Part shown: positions 52,101 through 59,871 of the stretch, in pieces
How the letters are laid out: every line of letters starts with the position of its first letter
Position numbering within the stretch: the first letter of the stretch is position 1
Assembly: GCA_965279035.1 (NCBI GenBank)
Contig: OZ257142.1
Location: 1-64,000, forward strand
Direction: 5' to 3'
Origin: Bacteroidia bacterium
Lineage (GTDB): Bacteria > Bacteroidota > Bacteroidia > M30B66
Length of the DNA stretch: 64,000 bases
Notes under the pieces: generated by a model
Database searches by the model: none
What the model saw: only the letters and a program-made list of their open reading frames with translations
Told to the model about the DNA's origin: nothing
Position numbers and translations under genes: made by a program

Positions 52101-55100
52101 TACAAAACCTTCAAGTCCATTTAATTGATATGATTCAAAAGCTTTTCTAGAAAATGCATACATTGGATCATTTTGATTGCAAGATGGAGGTGTGGCATTA
52201 CCATATGCACCGCCAACATTATTAACTAAAAAGTAATTAAAGTCATCTTCTATTTCGCATCCAAACTCAGCAATAGCTTGTTGGTAGAGATTTAAACGAA
52301 GATTAGAACTTGAGTAATCAGCATTAAATTGTGTATTTGTTACAGGCATAAATAGAATTCGTTCAATATAAAAATCAATTCGTGCTGAATTCAATTCATT
52401 AATTGGAAGTATAATTGGATCTGACGGATTTCCATTTCCAGTAAAAAGCGATTTTATTGACCATGCTTGATTTGTTTCAAAAACTTGTCGAATTGCATTA
52501 ATATGGCTAGGAATATCCTCAAAATTCCCAGGTAAATTCGGAGCGGAATTTTGCACAACTATAACATTAATTCCAATTCTTTTGATAGGAATAAATGTAC
52601 TTGAATTGTCACTAGGCTGATAGAATTTAAATTTGTAATAACGTTCGCTGTTTTCTGGAAATACATATGAGGGATCATTAATATATTGAGAACAACCTCC
52701 ACATGCTAAACGGTCGGTTGCCATATAGTTACAAACAACGGTGTTGCTCTCTGTAGATTGAGTTGGAAGTGAAATTTTTGACTCACAACCTGTATTTTCA
52801 GTTATGACAGCATTAATTGTATCTCCTAAAACAGCATTATTTAATATTAAAATACTGTCTTTCCCAACATAAAGTAATTGATTGTTTAGACTAAATTGAT
52901 ATGATTTCTGATTAGGTGAGAATCTTACTACTTGAGCTTTTTGCAAAAATGTATCAACTCCGGTTACATAAGAAGGAGTAAGAAAACACTTACCAACCAA
53001 ATTTAATATAGTAGGAAAAGAATTAATGCTTGTTACCGCTTGAACATTTCCAATTGTGCTATTTCCTGAATAGGTGCCATTGCCTTTATCTTTCCATTGG
53101 CTGCCATCCCAGATGGTAATTTTCGCATCAACAGGGTTAGAACTATAGCACGGATTATTACTCCAACCCAATTTGGCATTTGTTGTTCCTGTTCCTGCTG
53201 TGCGGTCTAATTTCCAATAACCACAACGATTTACAAAACCTAATGTGGAATCTTTGCTCGATCTTGAATAGTTGCTGTTTGGGTCTGTTCCAAAATATGA
53301 AGCTTTAAACGTTGTGTTGCTTGAAACTGAATCGATACTTATTGGTGCATACTGCCCTCCACCACCAGTCGGAAATGTAAATTCGGTGATTCCCATTTTG
53401 CTGATTGCTCCTTCTACATAGGAAGAATCACTGCCTTGTGATGCGATGGCAAAATATTCGAGAAACAGCGAATTGGTATCACTTATTTGTACAATGCCTT
53501 TGCTTAGATTGAGCGCACTTAGAATATGAAGAGGGACATCGATGATAAGCTGCCCATTGGGCTTTTCAACGTTTAATGTTGCCATTGAAAAATCATTAAA
53601 GGTGCCCGTAGATTCAATGTGTTGGTCATCCTCTCCAACAAATCGCATAGCACTCCCTTGATTTAAATCGGGAGATGTGCTGCCTCTGAATTCAAGGTTT
53701 TTGTAAATATCAGAACTACCATCACTTGCTGTCATCACTTTTCCATCACCTGTACATTCGATAATTAAATCATCCCAAAATTGATTGTTAGAAGCATCAT
53801 AATTTAAAAGGAAATACCCATCCGAACTGGTTTTAAAATGAGCCTTTCCATAAAACACCATGCTTCCACCACCTTGATCATAGCCACTTCCGGTTTTGTG
53901 TAATAGGGTATTTCCGTGATAAAAACCTCCATTGGTTACGATGGATGGAAGTTCCACGTTAAGTGGTCCTTGAATTTGACATTGACTCAATACAAGGCGC
54001 GAATTATCCGTTCCTGTAAAAGTTATGCTATCTGTATTGGTTGATCGAAAACCCAATAGATCCAATTCGGAATTTGCAAATGATGTAGTATAAATAGTTC
54101 CGCTACTGCCTTGTTTTATCATACCCAATACAACCAAACCACCCGTACAATTTAAATTAATATTTCCTTGAACGATATTGGTATCGGTTGAATATTCCCC
54201 TAATGCTATACGTCCAGCAGATGAGCTAATTTTTAAATCACCACCAATTGATAAAAATCCATTGCTTGCAATATCGATGGAGCCCTCATCAGTATTAATC
54301 AAGCTGAGATCGGAACGAAATGAGCAAGAATCGTCTAATGCAGTTAAAAAGGAACCAGTGCCAGAATTGGTTAACGAAAACGGAGCGTTGGTTATAATTG
54401 GTCCGAAACGAGGCTGATTTGATTCCGGTCCTATTTTAACAAAACTGGTTGAATCATTGAATGTTGAATTGCCTATGTAAATGGATTGAGCTGAGCAATT
54501 TACTTTAGAGTTAAATATACTACCTTGATCAATATAGAGGGAATTACCTTTTTGATTATCATCCATTTGGATAGATAAGGAATCATCTAGCGTAACTCCA
54601 CGAAACCTTAATTCACCAACAAACCAACCAGTCTCAGAAAGACTTATTGGGGCTCCAGAATGAAAATGAGCATTTCGTGTAAACTCAAGTGCATTTGCTC
54701 CATTGTTCCCAATGAGAACTGGAGCATAAAAATCGACCGATGCCGAATCAGCGCCATCGCAGAAATAGATGGACGAATTTGACTTCATATCGATTCGGCA
54801 AAATCCATTGATCTGTGTGTTAACAGAGTTATGAGCAAAGTGAAAAACTCCAGGATTTAAATATACACCATCATAAGAAATTATTTGTAAACTATCTTGA
54901 AAGGTATCGGGTGCATCATAACCAAAATACAAATCGGCAGCACCTTCATTTGAAATCTTCAATGATTTTTCAAACGTGTTTCCACCGCAATAACTTGGAG
55001 AACTGCTACTAACGGCAATTGAGCTTGCTTTTTTAAAAACACAATTTGAAATAGTAGAAGTCCCAATTAATGCTAAAATAGTGACATCCAATTGTGAATT

Positions 55101-55448
55101 CGTTAATTGAATAGATTGATAAGTTAATGGTCCAGTTATTTGAAGATCTCCATGTTTAATGCTTGCTTCATTCATGGCAAACCGGCCATTGATTGTCAAA
55201 AGATATCCTCCTAAATCGAGTTCAGCACCACTCGTTAGTATTATTGTATAACAATAGGTATTTCCGGATAATACTGGTTTATTGCTAGAGGAATGAATAT
55301 AAATTGTATCTGCCCAACTGGGTGATGAAGGGCTCCAATTAGCAGCAGTACTCCAATTTGTGCTAACAGTACCTGTCCACGTTCTTGACGACGCAAAAGC
55401 ACATTGGTTCAAAATTAAAATGAATAGCAGGAGAAGGAAATTTTTCAT
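49116..55448 (-). CDS. Very large T9SS-secreted protein: N-terminal beta-helix region, central metzincin (M43/pappalysin-like) zinc protease domain, second beta-helix, helical domain, type-A CTD; probable start 55448
   Basis: Signal peptide MKNFLLLLFILILNQCAFA; WTGTVSTNWSTAANW; HEIAHMLDLVH (52044..52076) plus Met-turn NNVMGG; CTD VYPNPN...DLSGR...NGIYLL. Confidence 0.85.
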   Translation of the reverse strand: MKNFLLLLFILILNQCAFASSRTWTGTVSTNWSTAANWSPSSPSWADTIYIHSSSNKPVLSGNTYCYTIILTSGAELDLGGYLLTINGRFAMNEASIKHGDLQITGPLTYQSIQLTNSQLDVTILALIGTSTISNCVFKKASSIAVSSSSPSYCGGNTFEKSLKISNEGAADLYFGYDAPDTFQDSLQIISYDGVYLNPGVFHFAHNSVNTQINGFCRIDMKSNSSIYFCDGADSASVDFYAPVLIGNNGANALEFTRNAHFHSGAPISLSETGWFVGELRFRGVTLDDSLSIQMDDNQKGNSLYIDQGSIFNSKVNCSAQSIYIGNSTFNDSTSFVKIGPESNQPRFGPIITNAPFSLTNSGTGSFLTALDDSCSFRSDLSLINTDEGSIDIASNGFLSIGGDLKISSSAGRIALGEYSTDTNIVQGNINLNCTGGLVVLGMIKQGSSGTIYTTSFANSELDLLGFRSTNTDSITFTGTDNSRLVLSQCQIQGPLNVELPSIVTNGGFYHGNTLLHKTGSGYDQGGGSMVFYGKAHFKTSSDGYFLLNYDASNNQFWDDLIIECTGDGKVMTASDGSSDIYKNLEFRGSTSPDLNQGSAMRFVGEDDQHIESTGTFNDFSMATLNVEKPNGQLIIDVPLHILSALNLSKGIVQISDTNSLFLEYFAIASQGSDSSYVEGAISKMGITEFTFPTGGGGQYAPISIDSVSSNTTFKASYFGTDPNSNYSRSSKDSTLGFVNRCGYWKLDRTAGTGTTNAKLGWSNNPCYSSNPVDAKITIWDGSQWKDKGNGTYSGNSTIGNVQAVTSINSFPTILNLVGKCFLTPSYVTGVDTFLQKAQVVRFSPNQKSYQFSLNNQLLYVGKDSILILNNAVLGDTINAVITENTGCESKISLPTQSTESNTVVCNYMATDRLACGGCSQYINDPSYVFPENSERYYKFKFYQPSDNSSTFIPIKRIGINVIVVQNSAPNLPGNFEDIPSHINAIRQVFETNQAWSIKSLFTGNGNPSDPIILPINELNSARIDFYIERILFMPVTNTQFNADYSSSNLRLNLYQQAIAEFGCEIEDDFNYFLVNNVGGAYGNATPPSCNQNDPMYAFSRKAFESYQLNGLEGFVWAFTRHVAHEIAHMLDLVHLYQNGIYCTIEDQDSDFDGLLDLFGVIDGNDLNCPHGQIVHPSGCPPGALVVDPYINDPNDPCYTRTTNNVMGGNYQSYLYYSPNQVGKIHKAASITNLKRFIDDCPYSSTPIGINMNETWELDIRVYNDIIVYPGRTLTITCKVEFPDDAMILIQPGGKLILDGGTLTSSCTMWRGIRLMGIASQPQGTLANTVQGVVEMKNHAVIENAEEGIFMSDAGDNMYGGVTGGIVVASNSTFRNNWRSVSFHPYTFPSISKFTNCLFICDDHLKNPDYFDSQTNYWLASQMFVSAWEIKGVIFRDNIFLNDGDFSIKESCTTTEYPFLSHDRTQGIALYDAQVRVLSTNPNNDDQSDLNADNALRNRFIGLTRGIITRVTNTSIGYNVYSSGSLFDNCRMGIYSENARGDNYINNDFNIPDSDGNTSVIPDPYGIYFYDYRTANKVQLNNFIGSGSAEPYNWGLITRGLQPQSSGINMLIQRNDFTNLQRGFQSEYNNPYLFLKCNDFTNNNYDWHINPLSMSGVFNNQGIGCGPAQYRPGNIFNDQGVGVKHIWAPNNQTPDWYYYARPINVETPVFSSISESGSTTICGSGLSNPCPSGTGALNIISLNAERRQFKFMSDSMELQKQTILENLDGMQTDSLLGILSDTTQSSADLSIVLTLYSPLSDSVLVTALRLENLFSNNELINFMLLNLPATQKVLNELRVLLADTNYYQATRDSLLGLQKENAYVQTHETYKRAAHHFRGEWLTTISKIESSLLERDEWYELAALYKDSLGTGFERSLFSTYLGSDSLDQAEAVLDSITLSTLDDSLFVDYHKMYLNLLRDSLTWLTIDTTILEDIRNMASIPSSVQQYALAVLQLRGDTTIEHYPENAFPPSARLANEAKYNRKSKNILTRVYPNPNDGKFTLQVNDYEGNLIISLVDLSGRLIRQINQLTERNQLIELTCNDLSNGIYLLNILDKDGRVLGHHKISLIH

Positions 55449-55483
55449 GGGATAATTTTTTTGAAATAATGGATATGGAATTT

Positions 55484-55924
55484 TCAATATGCTTTGCCTG
55501 AATAATGAGCTACAATTGTTCCCGCAGCATTTTTTGCATCAATGCTTAAAAAACAATCTCGTCGGTTTACCCAATTACCAATTCCGGCAGAGCAAATGAT
55601 TCCTTTACGCTTGAACCATATGATAGATGAAATAATGCTAAGACTATTAAAAGAAAAGGATTGATCATAAAAATCAGATCCATTGAGTGAGCTTCCTAAT
55701 CTAATTTGTATGGTCGAAATATTGGAAGTATCAGCTACTTCGAAAGCCAAGGTCTTGGTTTCGGTTACAATCAACGAATCGCCACCAAACGAGGAAGAAA
55801 CAGTGGCTGTATCTGTAGTCATCAAGGGCGTCTTCACATGTATTCTAGAGATTGAATTCGGTTGTGCAGCAAGTGTGAATGCGGATAAACAGGCGAAGAG
55901 ATAAAGAATAGATACTTTATTCAT
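55484..55924 (-). CDS. Small secreted hypothetical protein, first gene of the protease operon
   Basis: 146 aa, signal peptide LAA|Q, beta-rich; 35 bp upstream of the probable start of the large gene. Confidence 0.65.
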   Translation of the reverse strand: MNKVSILYLFACLSAFTLAAQPNSISRIHVKTPLMTTDTATVSSSFGGDSLIVTETKTLAFEVADTSNISTIQIRLGSSLNGSDFYDQSFSFNSLSIISSIIWFKRKGIICSAGIGNWVNRRDCFLSIDAKNAAGTIVAHYSGKAY

Positions 55925-56196
55925 GTGGCGATATTTTAAAATAGTTAAACTAAATAAAGCAACAATTTTCGCAAAAGCAAGCTAACGAGATTAAAATTCC
56001 AGCGAGAGAAGAAAATTTAACATTTGGGAAATTTATATAATATCATTTCGTAGTAATATCAGACTATACAGCTATGTTGCTTTTTAAATGCTCCTCATTT
56101 TTTAACATTCTATCTTTTTAAGTTAGAACTACATCACTATTTCAATCATATTAATTGAGATACCATTCTGCTTTTTACTATGTATCTAATTGCAAA

Positions 56197-56331
56197 ATCT
56201 AGCATGTGCGATTAATTGCCTCGGACTGAAGTCCGAGGGTGCGGAAGTTAGAGATCAGCAATCTGTTTGAGTTTATATTAATCGGATCTAGCATGTTTGA
56301 CACGTAGCCTCGTACTTTAGTCCGAGAGTGC
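56197..56331. repeat. Two ~46-bp direct repeats 89 bp apart, each with a REP-like palindrome
   Basis: atctagcatgt...gCCTCGGACTgaAGTCCGAGGgtgc (56197) and atctagcatgt...gCCTCGtACTttAGTCCGAGagtgc (56286). Confidence 0.75.
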
Positions 56332-56472
56332 TAGAGAAGAATGCTGCTTTGGAGTAAGGTGTTGCGAAAGCGATAGAGCCAAATGCCGTGCATGGGCGAT
56401 AGCGCGGTGCCATTGAAAATGTAGCTTTGCGGAATTTTAAATGGCATTCGCCCCAATCTATTGATTCTTGAT

Positions 56473-57471
56473 TTATAAGGAATCGCGTAGTTGGTCGATT
56501 TTTTTCAATTGGGCTTTGAAGAATTGATTGCGGATTTTTTCTGCCATGCCGCTAATTTGGATTGATTTCCGTTTCAAGTTATCCATCCATTGCAAGTGTT
56601 GTTTGTTGAAGGCTTCGTTGCGGGTGAGGATGGAGTTGAAGGTGTTGTAGCCAATGGAGGAAATAGCACTTTCGCCGGTACTCACATAAATGGAGTTATT
56701 CCCAATCATTAAATCGCAGAGATACACTTGCAGCACAGCGCCTGTATTTGCGCCATTGTAGCCAATTTTTTGTCCGGTTTCGGTTTGGCGGGCAATGCGA
56801 CGAATGAGTTCTTCCATTTGGTCGATTACAGTCAAAGCCGCGTCCTTGTTGACAAAGAATCCCGCATCCCAATAGAATTTGATTTGTTGCAAGGTGCTTT
56901 CGATGGTTTCGTCGGTCCAGATTTCGGTTCCCGGAATTTCGGCATAATGCTGATAAAGACCTTTTAGTAGTTCGGTATCGAAATACTCTTCTACTGAAAA
57001 TGGGAAATGAGCGCTTTCGAATTCGGGAATATTGAGGATGGATTTCATCCAATAGAGCAACTTAAAGGTAGTCAGTTCTGGAAAGCCGAAATGGTAAAAC
57101 ATGGGAATGTCTTCGGCGGCATAATGGAAATCGGGATTTGAATGTTTGCGGAAGGATTTGAGTTGATCGCTTAGTGTTTGCAGGTAATTGCGAAACTGAT
57201 CGAGGCTTTGATCGAGCGGATTGAATTGAAAAGTAACCACATCGGGCACTTCGTTGTTGAGTGCTTCGAGCGGAATGCTGTAATGCAAACAAATCTTCAC
57301 GGTTTCGTCGAGCGTGATGGCTGTTTCGCAACGCAATCGTCTGTAGGCCCCATCCTGACTGATTTCCAGAATGTCCATAAGATCGCGCGCCAGGTTCACT
57401 TGACCGGGAACCAATGTCTTAAGTAATGCAATAAAACGTTGCTGATGAAAAATGCGGGTTTTGTTTGGCAT
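56473..57471 (-). CDS. Putative transcriptional regulator with N-terminal BetR-like HTH
   Basis: LARDLMDILEISQDGAYRRLRCETAITLDETVKICLHYSIPLE; YAAEDIPMFYHF; EIW...T. Confidence 0.75.
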   Translation of the reverse strand: MPNKTRIFHQQRFIALLKTLVPGQVNLARDLMDILEISQDGAYRRLRCETAITLDETVKICLHYSIPLEALNNEVPDVVTFQFNPLDQSLDQFRNYLQTLSDQLKSFRKHSNPDFHYAAEDIPMFYHFGFPELTTFKLLYWMKSILNIPEFESAHFPFSVEEYFDTELLKGLYQHYAEIPGTEIWTDETIESTLQQIKFYWDAGFFVNKDAALTVIDQMEELIRRIARQTETGQKIGYNGANTGAVLQVYLCDLMIGNNSIYVSTGESAISSIGYNTFNSILTRNEAFNKQHLQWMDNLKRKSIQISGMAEKIRNQFFKAQLKKIDQLRDSL

Positions 57472-57685
57472 AATTCCGTAAGTGTGTTGCTTTTGATTTG
57501 TGTGAAATGCGTAAATGTCAAATTTAATTTGAAAATAATACTAAATCAAGTGTAAAATTGGATCTGTAAAGTGCAAGGAATTATTAATTATTAATAGAAG
57601 CGCGAATGCGTTGGTGAATATCCGTAGAAATGAGGTGTTAAACTGCTGCAACTTTGTCTCAACAAAAAACCAAAAACTCAATCTT

Positions 57686-58813
57686 ATGAAACGTCTGACA
57701 CTTTCCCTTATCTTTTTTCTTGCTACTTCATTTTCTCTTTTAGTAGCACAAACATCACGTCCACTTTTAGCTGTTGGCGAAATTGATGCAAACGATGCAC
57801 TTCTTGGAAATGGCTATTCCACCTTATCAGAAATGGCGATGCGTAAAATGGAGCGTATTGGAACGTATGAAATCTTGGATCAATACGACATGAATTTCTT
57901 AGCGAAACGTGATGATATTAATTTGACCGGTTGTTATTCGAAAATCTGCTTGACTGAGATTGGAACGAAACTGCATGTAGATAAAATGTTGACTGGTAGT
58001 ATCCGCACAGTAGGCGACAACATCACTGTGAACTTCCGGATTTTGGATGTAAAAACAGGAGCGATTGAGCGTTCACATACGAATGATTTCTTGAAAATAA
58101 ATGCTGAATACCGCAACATGATTGAAATTACCATTGATGAAATGATGGGAAATCCGGTGGATGAAGAAATCAAGAAAAAACTCACACTAAAAAACGATTT
58201 CGATAATACCGTGAATAACCCGTATCAATTGCGTTTGCGTACTGATGGACCACGCATGGGATTTACCATGTTCACTGGAGAAACTGCATCAATTTTAGGC
58301 TCAACCCGCAATAAAGGTGGATTTGAAGCGGAGCCGATGATGTTTCAATTTGGGTATCAATTCGAAAAACAATATTTGAATGAAGGAAATTTTCAGGCAT
58401 TGTTTGAATTTATTCCGATGATGACTGGATTAGATCAAGGCCTTTTTATTCCAAGTATTACAGTAATGAATGGTTTGCGTAATAATAAAAACGGATGGGA
58501 ATTCGCATTCGGACCAACCTTTTCGGTGGTAACAAAAAGTCAGGGATATTATACTGCCGACACACATACTTGGACCATCCTAAATGATAGTTTACAAACT
58601 CCTGAAAATGCAGATGTCATTACTCGCCTAGATAGTCGTGGTGATGCAGCTATACAAGCCGGATTTATTTTCGCATTCGGAAAAACATTTAAATCAGGAA
58701 AATTAAATATCCCAGTAAATGCCTTTTTGATTCCGAATAATAAAGGCTTGCGTTTCGGAGTGTCGTTCGGATTTAATGCACGTGATCGTTATGCGTATAG
58801 TGCGGTAAAATAA
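57686..58813 (+). CDS. Exported protein with N-terminal CsgG/TolB-N-like alpha/beta domain and C-terminal beta-barrel-like region; probable start 57686
   Basis: Signal peptide LVA|Q; C...C..EIG..L.VDKMLTGSI...V.FRILDVKTG; GPRMG, FQFGYQFE, alternating beta-strand pattern; divergent from the regulator. Confidence 0.65.
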   Translation: MKRLTLSLIFFLATSFSLLVAQTSRPLLAVGEIDANDALLGNGYSTLSEMAMRKMERIGTYEILDQYDMNFLAKRDDINLTGCYSKICLTEIGTKLHVDKMLTGSIRTVGDNITVNFRILDVKTGAIERSHTNDFLKINAEYRNMIEITIDEMMGNPVDEEIKKKLTLKNDFDNTVNNPYQLRLRTDGPRMGFTMFTGETASILGSTRNKGGFEAEPMMFQFGYQFEKQYLNEGNFQALFEFIPMMTGLDQGLFIPSITVMNGLRNNKNGWEFAFGPTFSVVTKSQGYYTADTHTWTILNDSLQTPENADVITRLDSRGDAAIQAGFIFAFGKTFKSGKLNIPVNAFLIPNNKGLRFGVSFGFNARDRYAYSAVK

Positions 58814-58843
58814 TTGTCAGCAACGAGTCCTCTTGATTGGGGC

Positions 58844-58877
58844 AAACGCTCGGAGAGAAATCTTCGGGCGTTTTTTT
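58844..58877 (+). terminator. Rho-independent terminator
   Basis: aaacgctcggaga-gaaa-tcttcgggcgttttttt. Confidence 0.8.
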
Positions 58878-58947
58878 ATTGAATTTAATTCAGATGAAAT
58901 GATGAAATATTTTGCAATCTTAAAACTGAAATTCTTTTAGGGAATTA

Positions 58948-59868
58948 TTATTTGTTTGTATAAACAGAATCAATTAAGCCTTGAATTTTAGAAGTAAAAA
59001 GTGCGGCTCCATCGACACTCAAATGATCTACATTAAAAAAATGATGCTCTTTAAATGAAGTGTCGGATTGTGCATTTAAATAATGAATACCGTATTTTTT
59101 TTGAAGATGATGAATAAAGTTAAGCTTATCTTTTTCAACTCGTGGATCTAATTCATTTGTATAGTATTTATAGCAAGGAGCTGTAACAAGAATGGGTTCA
59201 ATATTTTTATCTTTTAATGTTTTAATTAATGATTCAATTTCGGAACGAATAAAAAATGTTTCGCCAAATCGAATGCTGTTTTTTATATCTGAATTAAATG
59301 AATTTACTTTTTTAAGTCCGTATTCTTTGGTCATTGCTGAATAATCTGTCTTAACAGCACCATCACTCCATCCTTTATCGAATTTATATTGTTCATTATT
59401 ATAAATTAAATTAAGTGCTAAATTGGGATTGTACACATAAAAGAAAAATGAAAATCGCTGTTTATAATAGTTTCTATTATGCAGATTTATACCATAGTAA
59501 TTGTAATAGAAAAAATCACGGTCTTCGATGAATCCCCAATAAAGAGAAGGATAATCGATACTAATAATGACGTATTTGAGTTTTTTTAATTTAGGAAGAA
59601 AATGTAGAATGATTTCTTTATCATATAAAATAGATTGCGCTCCGTAGGCAATATTATAAGCATTGTTTTTAAATGCTGAGGGTTTAATTCCCATAGATGC
59701 ATGAGAATTTCCAACAACTAAAATTTCAATTTCTCCTGCATTTTGAGTGACATCATTTTTCTTAGCGAGGTATCCGCTATGAAGATGACGCGTTAAATAT
59801 TCGAGTGTTCCGTAACATACCATTAATGGTAATAAGAAAAGAAAGCATTTAAGTAGATACAATTTCAT
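58948..59868 (-). CDS. SGNH-like periplasmic partner of the MBOAT (putative O-acetyltransferase)
   Basis: N-terminal TM; VVGNSH (GxS), NIAYGAQ, FNVDHLSVDGA (DH); 3 bp downstream of the MBOAT gene. Confidence 0.75.
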   Translation of the reverse strand: MKLYLLKCFLFLLPLMVCYGTLEYLTRHLHSGYLAKKNDVTQNAGEIEILVVGNSHASMGIKPSAFKNNAYNIAYGAQSILYDKEIILHFLPKLKKLKYVIISIDYPSLYWGFIEDRDFFYYNYYGINLHNRNYYKQRFSFFFYVYNPNLALNLIYNNEQYKFDKGWSDGAVKTDYSAMTKEYGLKKVNSFNSDIKNSIRFGETFFIRSEIESLIKTLKDKNIEPILVTAPCYKYYTNELDPRVEKDKLNFIHHLQKKYGIHYLNAQSDTSFKEHHFFNVDHLSVDGAALFTSKIQGLIDSVYTNK

Positions 59869-59871
59869 TGT

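Noticed and set aside
56197-56331. Possible mini-CRISPR array (palindromic repeat, spacer, repeat)
   Set aside because: Only two imperfect copies, 89-bp period, no cas genes in the window; fits a REP doublet better
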